This document shows, piece by piece, positions 18,834 to 27,391 of a stretch of DNA of 37,117 nt. The position numbers were made by a program, and so were the translations under genes. Source of the stretch: a virus (Duplodnaviria; Caudoviricetes); IMG/VR virus record IMGVR_UViG_3300021233_000111, positions 1 through 37,117 of that record; one strand, given 5' to 3'. Each line of letters opens with the position of its first letter. The first letter of the stretch is position 1. Below the pieces are notes generated by a model. It ran no database searches, was not told the DNA's origin, and saw only the letters and a program-made list of their open reading frames with translations.

Positions 18834-19930
18834 GCGAGGTCGGCATCGCGCCTCAGTTTGTCATCACGGCAAACGGAGCGGATATCTCGGACAAGATCAA
18901 CTCTCGATTGATCTCGCTCCGCTATTCAGACTCGGCCGGGTTCGATTCCGACTCTCTCGAGTTCACCATCTCCGACGGGATCGAGTCATCGCCTGTCGAA
19001 ATGCCGAACACCGGAGCCGAGATTGAACTCTCGCTCGGATACGATCTCCGCGTCGTGAAGATGGGTCGCTTTATCGTCGATGAAGTCACGCGCGAAGGAT
19101 GGCCGGAGACGATCTCCGTCCGTGCGCGCTCCGCATCATTCGACAAGGGCAAGAACGGCGAGAAACAACTTCAGACACAACGCAACAAGAAACACGAAAA
19201 AGGAACCTTCGGAAAGTTGGTCGAGAACATCGCCAAGACGAACGGCCTTCAGTCCAAGGTTTCGGACTCGCTCTCGAGTATTGATCTCGGCGCTCAACAT
19301 CAAATCGATGAATCTGATCTTCACTTTCTAATCAGGATCGCGCGTCGTTTCGATGGGATCATCAAGGTCGCCGACGGTAAACTGATGGCGGTCAAGAAGT
19401 CGGAGAATAAAACGATGAGCGGCGGATCGCTCTCGATCTCCGTCTCCGTGAACGAAGTCACAAGCTACCGCCTCACGCTCGCCAAGAGGGAAGAATCCGG
19501 ATCGGTGCGGGCCTACTGGCACGAACACAAGAAAGCGAAGCGACACGCCGTCACCGTCGGCGAGGGAGACCCGGAAACGAGTCTAAAGGGCCTCTATACC
19601 GACAAGACCGCGGCCGAGTCCGCGGCGAAGTCAGAACTCGCCCGCCGGGGTCGCCAAAAGGAGAAACTCGAACTCACCCTCCCGGGCCGTCCTGAGTTCG
19701 CGGCCGAGGCGGAACTCACCGTCTCCGGGTTCCGATCCGGGGTTAATGGGAAATGGAACATCACAAGCGTCGAGCATGAGATCAGCGCCTCGAGCGGCTA
19801 CCGGGTCTCGATCGAGGCCGAGCGGACCAACGCGGGGGCCTTTTCGAATGGCTCAAGCGGCACAGATAAGATCGAGGGGGAGGACGACGAAGCCGATCAG
19901 GCGACCGACGACGGAAGCAGTTCTCAATGA
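18824..19930 (+). CDS. gpD: Baseplate hub protein D-like
   Basis: RLISLRYSDSAGFDSD, GRFIVDEV, QIDESDLHFLIRIA, LPGRPEF.AE..VSGFRSGVNGKW. Confidence 0.92.
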   Translation: MGLSEVGIAPQFVITANGADISDKINSRLISLRYSDSAGFDSDSLEFTISDGIESSPVEMPNTGAEIELSLGYDLRVVKMGRFIVDEVTREGWPETISVRARSASFDKGKNGEKQLQTQRNKKHEKGTFGKLVENIAKTNGLQSKVSDSLSSIDLGAQHQIDESDLHFLIRIARRFDGIIKVADGKLMAVKKSENKTMSGGSLSISVSVNEVTSYRLTLAKREESGSVRAYWHEHKKAKRHAVTVGEGDPETSLKGLYTDKTAAESAAKSELARRGRQKEKLELTLPGRPEFAAEAELTVSGFRSGVNGKWNITSVEHEISASSGYRVSIEAERTNAGAFSNGSSGTDKIEGEDDEADQATDDGSSSQ

Positions 19931-19951
19931 TCCGGAGTGATGCGCCCCGCT

Positions 19952-19975
19952 TGGTGCACCCAATGGTGCACCCAA
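19952..19975 (+). repeat. Integrase arm-type sites, left arm (2 x 12 bp)
   Basis: TGGTGCACCCAA twice in tandem. Confidence 0.85.
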
Positions 19976-20006
19976 GGGGAAAATTCAGCGGCGCTAATTC
20001 TGTTTC

Positions 20007-20019
20007 TAAGTGATTGTTT
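20007..20019 (-). promoter_or_regulatory. IHF-like site in attP
   Basis: Minus strand AAACAATCACTTA, one mismatch to WATCAANNNNTTR. Confidence 0.55.
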
Positions 20020-20025
20020 TTAAAG

Positions 20026-20070
20026 TGGCGCGCCCGAAAGGATTCGAACCTCTGACCCCCAGATTCGTAG
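20026..20070 (-). mobile_element. attP core: 3' half of tRNA-Arg(ACG)
   Basis: Minus strand CTACGAA-TCTGG-GGGTC-AGAGG-TTCGAAT-CCTTT-CGGGCGC-G-CCA (anticodon loop to CCA); no 5' half; between arm repeats and next to int. Confidence 0.92.
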
Positions 20071-20094
20071 GCGGCTTTTAGGGTATAATTCGGC

Positions 20095-20167
20095 CTCACT
20101 CGGGATCACTAAAAATCACTAAAACACAATAAATTACACGCTTTTTATGATTTAGCGTGATTTAGCG
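20095..20167. repeat. 10-bp-phased repeats in attP arm (putative Xis/RDF sites)
   Basis: TCACT at 20096/20106/20116 (ATCACTAAAA twice) and TGATTTAGCG twice at 20148/20158. Confidence 0.6.
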
Positions 20168-20188
20168 CGGCCCGGGTGATATCAGCGT

Positions 20189-20224
20189 TAGTGCACCCAA
20201 TGGTGCACCCAATAGTGCACCCAA
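20189..20224 (+). repeat. Integrase arm-type sites, right arm (3 x 12 bp)
   Basis: TAGTGCACCCAA-TGGTGCACCCAA-TAGTGCACCCAA. Confidence 0.85.
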
Positions 20225-20239
20225 AACCCGGGGCCGAAT

Positions 20240-21484
20240 ATGCTTACAGACACCGAAATCAAGCGCGCAATCCGCGCCGCAACCAAAGAGACAACCCTCA
20301 ACGATGGGGCCCACGGACGAGGGTCCGGAAGCCTCCGACTTCGCATCCGGCCGGGGTCGAGCGGGACGACCGCGACGTGGGTCGCGTGGTGGAAGCAAGG
20401 CGGCAAGCGGGCGACCAAACCGCTCGGGAAATATCCCGATATGAGTCTCTCGGAAGCGCGGTCTCTGTTTATGTCCGAGGTGGCTCCGGTGGTCAGGGCC
20501 GGGAAGAATCCGCGCGTGAAAACCGTCGTCGAGGGGAAGCCGACCGTCGGCCGGATGTTCGAGGCTTACGTCGCGAGCATGAAAGCGAAGGGGCGCGTCT
20601 CGGCCGATGAAGTCGAGCGATCACTCCTCAAGGCGGAGCACAACGCCGCCGACGGCCTCGGGCGTCACCGTTCATGCGCGGATATAGACTCGGCCGACGT
20701 GGTGGATTTTGTCTCGGGGTTCTTCCGGCGCGGATCTCGAGGACAAGCTGATAAGGTCCGATCCTATGTATCCTCCGCCTTCAATTGGGCGATGAAGGCC
20801 GCGCACGATTACACCGTCGAGAACCGGCAAGATTGGGGAATTAAGATCAACCCCGCGGCGGCAATTCCTCGAGATCAAGGCGCGATCGGAAAGCGCGATC
20901 GGAATCTATCAGAAGAAGAGATCCGCCTCCTCTGGAATTCAGCATCGCCGGGGATGAACGGTTTCACCATCGAAACCGCCGCGGCAATTCGGACGCTAAT
21001 CGGCACGGGTCAACGCGTTCAAGAGGTTTTAAGGATCGACGGATCGGAGATCGACTTAAAGTCGAAGACGTGGACCATGCCCGCCGAGAAAACGAAGGGC
21101 CGCAAAAACCCGCACACGGTCCCGTTACCGAAGCAAGTCGTCGAGATCCTCGGTGCTCTCAAAGAGCAACGCAAAGACGGCCCGCTCTTTCCCGGTGCGG
21201 TAGATGGTCGAATGGATCATCGATCAATCATGCAAGCAATCGACCGATGGCTCGAGTTAAAAGACGTAACCGTTCCGGATTTCCAGACACGCGACCTTCG
21301 TCGAACGTGGAAGTCTCGAGCGGGTGAGATCGGAATATCAAAAGAGATGCGCGATCTCATTCAGCAACACGCGAGGAACGACACGGGATCGAAGCATTAC
21401 GACCGCGGCGAATATCTTCCGCAAATGCGCGAAGCAATGAAAGAATGGGAGAAATATCTCGCGAAGTTGATATCGAAACCGTAA
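20240..21484 (+). CDS. int: Tyrosine integrase (P4-like, N-terminal arm-binding domain)
   Basis: MLTDTEIK..LGKYPDMSLSEAR arm domain; TGQR, KTK, RDLRRT, QQH and KHY catalytic segments. Confidence 0.95.
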   Translation: MLTDTEIKRAIRAATKETTLNDGAHGRGSGSLRLRIRPGSSGTTATWVAWWKQGGKRATKPLGKYPDMSLSEARSLFMSEVAPVVRAGKNPRVKTVVEGKPTVGRMFEAYVASMKAKGRVSADEVERSLLKAEHNAADGLGRHRSCADIDSADVVDFVSGFFRRGSRGQADKVRSYVSSAFNWAMKAAHDYTVENRQDWGIKINPAAAIPRDQGAIGKRDRNLSEEEIRLLWNSASPGMNGFTIETAAAIRTLIGTGQRVQEVLRIDGSEIDLKSKTWTMPAEKTKGRKNPHTVPLPKQVVEILGALKEQRKDGPLFPGAVDGRMDHRSIMQAIDRWLELKDVTVPDFQTRDLRRTWKSRAGEIGISKEMRDLIQQHARNDTGSKHYDRGEYLPQMREAMKEWEKYLAKLISKP

Positions 21485-21526
21485 CAAGAATGTCCGATAA
21501 TGTGCGCGTGTCTTTTGAGCGCGCGC

Positions 21527-22003
21527 ATGACGAAGAAAATCATCACGCGAGCAGAAGCGCGGGCGGGTGGCCTTTCCCGGTATTTCACGGGGAAGCCGTG
21601 CAAGTATGCTCACATAGCAGAACGGTCGGTTAATAATCGGCGATGCCTTGTTTGCTCGCGCGAGTTCATGCGGCTTGATCGCATTCGGAACCCCGCAAAA
21701 TACGCCGAGTTTCAGCGTAAATACTCGAAGCGAAATTCCGGGAAGGTCATCGCAAAAAACGCGAGGCGTCACTCGGCGAAGATGAGCCGAACCCCGCCTT
21801 GGTTGACGCGGGAGCATTACGCGGAAATGCGAGCGATCTATATCGAGCGACAAATCCTCTCAGAATGGTCGGGCGTCGAGCATCACGTCGATCACATCGT
21901 CCCCTTATGCGGGAAAAACGTCTCGGGATTGCACGTCCCGTGGAATCTTCAATTGCTACCGGCGCGCGAAAATCTCACGAAACAGAATTCTCACAATGTA
22001 TAA
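21527..22003 (+). CDS. HNH endonuclease (homing-type)
   Basis: RYFTGKPCKYAH..CLVC N-terminus; HHVDHIVPL..SGLHVPWNLQ..EN. Confidence 0.88.
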   Translation: MTKKIITRAEARAGGLSRYFTGKPCKYAHIAERSVNNRRCLVCSREFMRLDRIRNPAKYAEFQRKYSKRNSGKVIAKNARRHSAKMSRTPPWLTREHYAEMRAIYIERQILSEWSGVEHHVDHIVPLCGKNVSGLHVPWNLQLLPARENLTKQNSHNV

Positions 22004-22012
22004 TCTCCCGCT

Positions 22013-22225
22013 ATGGCTAAATACTCTGAAGGAACATATCTCATCGCCCTATTCGATAAGTATGGGACGAAGATCGAGACACGTCTCGCAGAACACCAAC
22101 AATTGATCGGCGCGCAGAAAGAAGCGGCCGCAATGCTGAGTGAAGTGATCGCGAGTTTCGCGATTATGCGAGTCATGACGAACTCAATCGATACATTCAG
22201 CAAGGAACGATGGTCGAATCCATGA
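22013..22225 (+). CDS. Hypothetical protein
   Basis: 70 aa ORF; TATAAT at 21999-22004 lies 8 nt before the ATG (near-leaderless). Confidence 0.6.
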   Translation: MAKYSEGTYLIALFDKYGTKIETRLAEHQQLIGAQKEAAAMLSEVIASFAIMRVMTNSIDTFSKERWSNP

Positions 22226-22329
22226 TCGCGCTCGGCGTCGCATTGCTCCCGATTTTCATCATCGCGTGGATCGGATATTTATTCGATGGAATCGCAAACG
22301 AAATCGCCGACGACGATCAAGAAGTTTAA
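22222..22329 (+). CDS. Small single-pass membrane protein (35 aa)
   Basis: ATGA overlap with the previous ORF; MIALGVALLPIFIIAWIGYLFDGIANEIADDDQEV. Confidence 0.55.
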   Translation: MIALGVALLPIFIIAWIGYLFDGIANEIADDDQEV

Positions 22330-22332
22330 CGC

Positions 22333-22409
22333 GAGCCAAGAAGAGAACGCGTCTCCGCCTCGAATGGCGATCCGAGGATATCAAGGGAGGCGCGTTCTCT
22401 TGTTGGTTT
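22333..22409 (+). ncRNA. Structured intergenic RNA/leader candidate
   Basis: 16-bp stem 22341-22356/22386-22401 (one G-U) extended by 7 bp, with an inner CCTCG/CGAGG stem. Confidence 0.5.
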
Positions 22410-22421
22410 AACGGGTGGCGC

Positions 22422-22958
22422 ATGAAAATAGACGACTTTATCGCGGTCTATGAAGACGTGATCGACCGGCGCGAATGCGCGCGGATCATCAAGGCCTTCG
22501 AAGATCGAATCCATCTCACGCAAGATCACGACACGCCGGGTTATAAATTTCTGCAACTCGATTGCAACGAGACCGACCTCGGTGATCTCGCGCGCGAGTT
22601 CGTGTCTCACGTCGCGCCATACCTCCGCGCTTACCTAAAGGATCTCGGCCTCGATGAGTTTCTCGAAGTGAAAGCGTTTGAGAATGTTCGGATCAAGAAA
22701 TACAAAGCCGGATCAGACGACCGTTTTAAGATTCACATCGACGCGGCAAACCGCGAGACTGCCGTCCGGACGCTGATCTTCATTCTTTACTTGAACGATA
22801 ACGACGGCGAGACGACGTTCCCGATGCTCGGGCGCACCGTCAAACCGAAAGCCGGTTCTCTGGTAGTCTTCCCGCCCTTTTGGATGTTCCCGCACACCGG
22901 ACAACCGCCGACGACGGCCGACAAGTATATTATGATGAGCGCCGTTCATCACCCATAA
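22422..22958 (+). CDS. 2OG-Fe(II) oxygenase (prolyl 4-hydroxylase-like)
   Basis: HxD (HID), LYLND, GETTF, PKAGSLVVFPP, distal His (FPHTG) and KY. Confidence 0.88.
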   Translation: MKIDDFIAVYEDVIDRRECARIIKAFEDRIHLTQDHDTPGYKFLQLDCNETDLGDLAREFVSHVAPYLRAYLKDLGLDEFLEVKAFENVRIKKYKAGSDDRFKIHIDAANRETAVRTLIFILYLNDNDGETTFPMLGRTVKPKAGSLVVFPPFWMFPHTGQPPTTADKYIMMSAVHHP

Positions 22959-24370
22959 GATCGGCGCTTCCGACTCTGAATGACGCGATAGGCCCATCCT
23001 TGCGGGCTCGAGTAACCTCTCGACGCGCCAAGCCTTACCAGATCCTCGAAGGACTCCGCCTCGGCTTGCTCACGAAGTCGGCGGCGCTTGATCTCCGCCT
23101 TCTCTCTCTCCGTGATCTCCTTCAATTCACCATCGCCGACCGTGATATCGCGCACATTCGGAGCGAGGCGCGCTCCGCAATAAGGACACGCCGGAGGAGC
23201 CGGTCTCCGTATCTGACCGAAACATTCAAGGCACGTCACCGGCGGCGGGGGCGAGTTATCATTCGCGCCCTTTCGGTTTTCTTTTTTCCTTCCCTCAAGA
23301 GACCATTCGCGGTCCTCATCCGGTAGGCCGTGGCGGTGAATGTTTCCCGCGTGATCGAGAATGATCGCCGTCTTCCCCGGAGCCGGTCTTAACGCGCGGC
23401 CGACTTGTTGCAAGTGAAGCGCAAGCGATTGCGTCGGGCGCATTTGAAGAACGCAATCGATCGTTACGTCTTTTTGAGCGATGGCGCTCAAGTCGAACCC
23501 CTCGCCGAAGAGATCCACGTTCGAGAGGACCATCAACCGCCCGTCGGCAAAGTCGCGAATGATCCGGGCGCGCTCGAACTTCGGCGTCGATCCGTCGAGA
23601 TGCGCGGCCGGAATTCCCGCGGCGTTAAATTGCTCGGCGATATGTTGGGAATGTTTAACAGTCACACCGAACGCGACCGATCTCAATCCGTTCGCGTATC
23701 GCCGCCAATGCGTGATCGCATCGCCCGTAAGCGTCGGTCGATCCATCACCTCCTCGGTCTCCGCCCTGGCGAAGTCGCCCATCGATTTTTTTATCCCCTT
23801 CATATCCGGTTCGCTCGGAGCATATGCTCGATATGGGGAAAGGAATCCGTTCTCGATGAGCCATGACACGCGAGGCCCCAGAACAATCGAGTCGAAGTTG
23901 TCGTTTAACCCCTTTCCGTCGAGTCTCTGAGGCGTCGCAGATAGACCGATATTCCAAGCGTCGGGAAAAGCCTCTTGAACTCGAGTCCACCCCGCCGCGC
24001 CGAGATGGTGGCACTCATCGAAAATAATGAGCTTCGGCGGAGTCACGACCGCGAGACGGTTCTTCACCGTGTCGATCGAGCAGATATGCACATTTTTTCG
24101 GCGGTCGTGCGCGTGGCCTGATGCAATAAATCCGTGATCTATTCCAAATTTGTGAAACGTATATGACGTTTGAGCAACAAGTTCGGCTCGATGGCACACA
24201 AACCATACAGGAAGCCCTTTTGATGAGCATTCTCCTGACATAAAAGTCGCGAGCGCAGTCTTTCCCGCGCCTGTCGGCGCTTGCAAAAGAACGCGACGAT
24301 TTCGACGCATCGCGTCTCTCGCATCATCAACAATTTTTTTTTGATAGTCGCGAAGTTCAACATTTTTCAT
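22949..24370 (-). CDS. Superfamily 2 DNA helicase with C-terminal Zn ribbon
   Basis: LRDYQ, APTGAGKT, DECHH, SATP, QQVGRALRP, CLEC..CPYCG. Confidence 0.94.
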   Translation of the reverse strand: MKNVELRDYQKKIVDDARDAMRRNRRVLLQAPTGAGKTALATFMSGECSSKGLPVWFVCHRAELVAQTSYTFHKFGIDHGFIASGHAHDRRKNVHICSIDTVKNRLAVVTPPKLIIFDECHHLGAAGWTRVQEAFPDAWNIGLSATPQRLDGKGLNDNFDSIVLGPRVSWLIENGFLSPYRAYAPSEPDMKGIKKSMGDFARAETEEVMDRPTLTGDAITHWRRYANGLRSVAFGVTVKHSQHIAEQFNAAGIPAAHLDGSTPKFERARIIRDFADGRLMVLSNVDLFGEGFDLSAIAQKDVTIDCVLQMRPTQSLALHLQQVGRALRPAPGKTAIILDHAGNIHRHGLPDEDREWSLEGRKKENRKGANDNSPPPPVTCLECFGQIRRPAPPACPYCGARLAPNVRDITVGDGELKEITEREKAEIKRRRLREQAEAESFEDLVRLGASRGYSSPQGWAYRVIQSRKRRSYG

Positions 24371-24560
24371 TTTCGATAACCATGTTTCACGATTGATAAT
24401 AGCCGCTCGCGTGATCGTTAATGAGTCGAGTTGACTTGCACGATACGGCTATTAAGTCTGAGCGCCTCAAGCGAAAACCAACATCACTCGATCGGAATGT
24501 ATTATAATCACTCCGCATCATTCGTGATGCGTTTCAATCACAAATAACAATGGGTGAACC
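24371..24560. promoter_or_regulatory. Divergent early promoter region
   Basis: AT-rich; palindromic ATTATAAT (24501-24508) gives TATAAT on both strands; phased ATCAC boxes; 9-bp inverted repeat 24397/24446. Confidence 0.65.
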
Positions 24561-25475
24561 ATGTTCGAAGCTGGCATTTATCACGATATCTCTAATGAGG
24601 ATTATCATCACGGACCCGGCGACTCTAAGTCGGATCTCGACCGCGTTCGTCGCTCTCCCTTGCACTACAAAGCAAACAAAGACGCGGCAAACGATAACGA
24701 ACGCGCAAACTCACCGACCGCGGATCAAGCGTTCGGAACCGCATATCACACATTTATTCTTGAACCTGACGAATTTGATAAACGATACGTCACCGTTCCA
24801 GAAGGCGCGCCAAAAAAACCAACGATCACTCAACGCAACGCGGCAAAACCTAGCCCTGCAACAATTGAAGCGATCGATTTTTGGGACAAGTTCGAAGCCG
24901 AAAGCGTCGGAAAACAAATCATCGATATCGATGATCTCGACACGCTACACAAAATGGCGGAAGTTTTATCGGATCATCCCGCCGCTCGCGCATTAATGAC
25001 AAGCGCACCGGGCCGCGCGGAAATGTCCGCCTATTGGATCGACCCGAATACGGGCCTTCTCCTTCGGTGTCGTCCTGACTATTGGCGCGAGGATGGAATT
25101 CTAGTCGATCTCAAGACGACCGGAGACGCATCGCTCGCGGAGTTCTCGCGCTCTGTTGCGAAGTGGAGATATCACGTTCAAGCGCCGTTCTATCTCGACG
25201 GCACAAATCACGCGATCATTCAATCCGGATCAAAGATCAAGCGTCCGGAACAATTCGTCTTCGTCGCGCAAGAGAAAAAGCCTCCTTTTGCTCCGGCTTG
25301 TTACGTCCTCGACGATGAAGGAATGAGGATCGGTCGCGCAGAATATCGAGCGGATCTCGAGCGACTCGCCGAATGCAAGACCTCCGACGTGTGGCCGGGA
25401 TACGGCGCACAGATTCAGAATATCGGCGTCCCTGTCTGGTATTCAAAGAATGCAGTCGAAGGGGGCGCGGAATGA
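24561..25475 (+). CDS. RecE/exonuclease VIII-like PD-(D/E)xK nuclease (DUF3799-like)
   Basis: GIYHDISNEDYH..SKSDLD..SP, FGTAYHTFILEP, RCRPD..VDLKTT, YHVQAPFY. Confidence 0.9.
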   Translation: MFEAGIYHDISNEDYHHGPGDSKSDLDRVRRSPLHYKANKDAANDNERANSPTADQAFGTAYHTFILEPDEFDKRYVTVPEGAPKKPTITQRNAAKPSPATIEAIDFWDKFEAESVGKQIIDIDDLDTLHKMAEVLSDHPAARALMTSAPGRAEMSAYWIDPNTGLLLRCRPDYWREDGILVDLKTTGDASLAEFSRSVAKWRYHVQAPFYLDGTNHAIIQSGSKIKRPEQFVFVAQEKKPPFAPACYVLDDEGMRIGRAEYRADLERLAECKTSDVWPGYGAQIQNIGVPVWYSKNAVEGGAE

Positions 25476-25921
25476 AAATCAGAATCCAAAAGTTACACCC
25501 GGACGCGATCATTCCGAAATACGCAACCGATGGCGCGGCGTGTTTCGATCTTCACGCTTGCTTCGACACCTCTGATTATTCGGCGCGCATTTATCGTAAT
25601 CAACCGAAGGTTATTCCGACCGGGCTCGCGTTCGAAATCCCTCCGGGTCATGTGATGTTAGTTTTCTCGCGTTCGGGTCACGGCTTCAAGTTCTCGACAC
25701 GTCTCGGAAATTGCGTCGGCGTTATCGATGCAGATTATCGCGGCGAGGTTCGCGTGAACCTGACTCGCGACGATTCCGATCTCGATATGCTTCAAGTCCG
25801 ACACGGCGATCGCATCGCGCAAGCGATGTTAGTTCCCTATCCGCGCGTCTCATTCCTCGAAACTGAGGAACTCTCCGAGACGGATCGCGGCGTCGGTGGT
25901 TTTGGTTCTACTGGTAAATAA
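25472..25921 (+). CDS. dut: Trimeric dUTPase
   Basis: ACFDL, RSG, GVIDADYRGE, GDRIAQ, RGVGGFGSTG motifs I-V. Confidence 0.97.
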   Translation: MKIRIQKLHPDAIIPKYATDGAACFDLHACFDTSDYSARIYRNQPKVIPTGLAFEIPPGHVMLVFSRSGHGFKFSTRLGNCVGVIDADYRGEVRVNLTRDDSDLDMLQVRHGDRIAQAMLVPYPRVSFLETEELSETDRGVGGFGSTGK

Positions 25922-25934
25922 TTTCGAGGTTAAT

Positions 25935-26897
25935 ATGAGTTTCGAAGTTCGCATCGCCGAGCGTCAAGGCGCTAGGCTCTTAATCCAATTCTCCGGCGTC
26001 TCTGGCGGCGGCAAAACTTATTCGGCTCTTCAACTCGCTTACGGTCTCGCCGGTGGCGACGCAACAAAAGTGATCGGCATCGATACCGAAAATCGACGAA
26101 TGAGTCTCAACGCGAACATTCTTCCCAACGGGGAGAAGTTTCGGATTATCGATTTCTTCGCGCCGTTCTCCCCAGATCGTTACATCGAAGCAATCGACGC
26201 GGCTTGCAAGGCCGGAGCCGAAGTGATCGTGATCGACTCCGTTTCGCATGAATGGGAATCCGAGGGCGGTTGCGAATGGATCGCCAATCAATCACGCTTT
26301 CCAGATTGGCGAACCGCAAAAGCAAAACACAAGCGGTTCATGACTCATCTTTTGCAATCGCCCGCGCACATCATCGCTTGCACCCGCGCGCGCGAAAAAG
26401 TTGATTTCTCCGACCCGAAGAATCCTCGCCCTCTGGGGATTCAACCAATCGCCGAAAAGAATTTCTCATTCGAGGCGACGGTTTCGCTTATGATGCACGA
26501 CCAAGGCGCACGGCAAGACGTTTTAAAATGCCCTGCCGAACTTCAATCAATACTCGGTCGCGGCCGCGGTTACATCACGCCGGAAGATGGATTCACTCTT
26601 CGCGCGTGGGTCGATGGCGGTTCGCAAGTAGACCCGGGAGTCGAGAAGGCTCGCGGGATGCTTCAAAACGTAACCGAGCAAGGGATGACCGCCTTACAAG
26701 CGGCATGGCAGGGGCTCCCCTCCGCGATGCGAAAAAAGATCAGTCCAGACGGAAGATGCCCGGACGATCTCAAAGCGTCGGCGCAAGCCTTCGACGAAAT
26801 GAAACGCGGCGGCGAAGGAGGGGGGGAGTCTTTGGAAAAATTAAATAGCCGCGTAATGGGTGATGAAAATGGATCGGCAATTTCTAACGGTGGATGA
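25935..26897 (+). CDS. Sak4-like P-loop ATPase / recombinase
   Basis: GVSGGGKT Walker A, IDTE, VIVIDSVSHEW; located near RecE-like and SSB-like genes. Confidence 0.8.
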   Translation: MSFEVRIAERQGARLLIQFSGVSGGGKTYSALQLAYGLAGGDATKVIGIDTENRRMSLNANILPNGEKFRIIDFFAPFSPDRYIEAIDAACKAGAEVIVIDSVSHEWESEGGCEWIANQSRFPDWRTAKAKHKRFMTHLLQSPAHIIACTRAREKVDFSDPKNPRPLGIQPIAEKNFSFEATVSLMMHDQGARQDVLKCPAELQSILGRGRGYITPEDGFTLRAWVDGGSQVDPGVEKARGMLQNVTEQGMTALQAAWQGLPSAMRKKISPDGRCPDDLKASAQAFDEMKRGGEGGGESLEKLNSRVMGDENGSAISNGG

Positions 26898-27087
26898 ACT
26901 CATCTCGCGATGGGGAAGCGTAGTAACGCGCGGAACGCTCGCTAATTGGCGAAGTAAACGCGTCGGGCCTCCGTTCGTAAAACTGCGAGCGAGAGTTCTC
27001 TATCCTTTGGCCTCTTTGATCGAGTTCGAAGAGAACGGCCTTCACATAAGTATCGGGGATAAAAATGGAGCGAACGATAACTCATAA
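26863..27087 (+). CDS. Excisionase/AlpA-like winged HTH protein
   Basis: FLTVDELISRW..TLANWR..GPPFVKL..RVLYP. Confidence 0.82.
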   Translation: MKMDRQFLTVDELISRWGSVVTRGTLANWRSKRVGPPFVKLRARVLYPLASLIEFEENGLHISIGDKNGANDNS

Positions 27088-27391
27088 GCCGTCCCCGGTT
27101 CCGGGATATGAAAGGCTCGCCGACGTTCTCGCTCGGGCTTACGCTCAAGCGTCCGTCGGAAAAGGCGCGGAACGTCACTCTCGAGGCGAACCGTTTCACG
27201 AACAAGTCATCATCGAAGGGGCTCGCCGGTTTGGAACCGGCGCGCTCCTCTTCCAAGCCTACAAGAAGAGCGAAGAGTCTCAACGATTGCCAAAGGACGC
27301 GGCGATCCGAGAGATCCTCGGAGCGATCAATTACCTCGCGGGGGCGGTGATCGCTATCGAACTTCAAGACGTGGGAAATGATGATGGCTGA
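27065..27391 (+). CDS. Hypothetical phage protein
   Basis: 108 aa; QASVGKGAERH..EILGAINYLA; overlaps both neighbours. Confidence 0.7.
   Translation: MERTITHKPSPVPGYERLADVLARAYAQASVGKGAERHSRGEPFHEQVIIEGARRFGTGALLFQAYKKSEESQRLPKDAAIREILGAINYLAGAVIAIELQDVGNDDG

Noticed and set aside
20026-20070. Functional tRNA gene
   Set aside because: The D-arm and 5' acceptor strand are absent; only the 3' half is present, as expected for attP
19952-20224. CRISPR array or mini-array (also considered for 33920-34183)
   Set aside because: Repeats are 10-12 bp and abutting, without unique spacers, and no cas genes; context explains them as arm sites and iterons
21290-21307. Inactive integrase because HxxR reads RDLR
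   Set aside because: This position varies among tyrosine recombinases; the other catalytic residues and attP are intact
22266-22421. Longer N-termini given by the ORF track for the oxygenase (also dUTPase, ATPase, VRR-NUC, HTH, endolysin)
   Set aside because: The extensions overlap other genes or RNA structures; downstream ATGs fit coupling, RBS and domain starts
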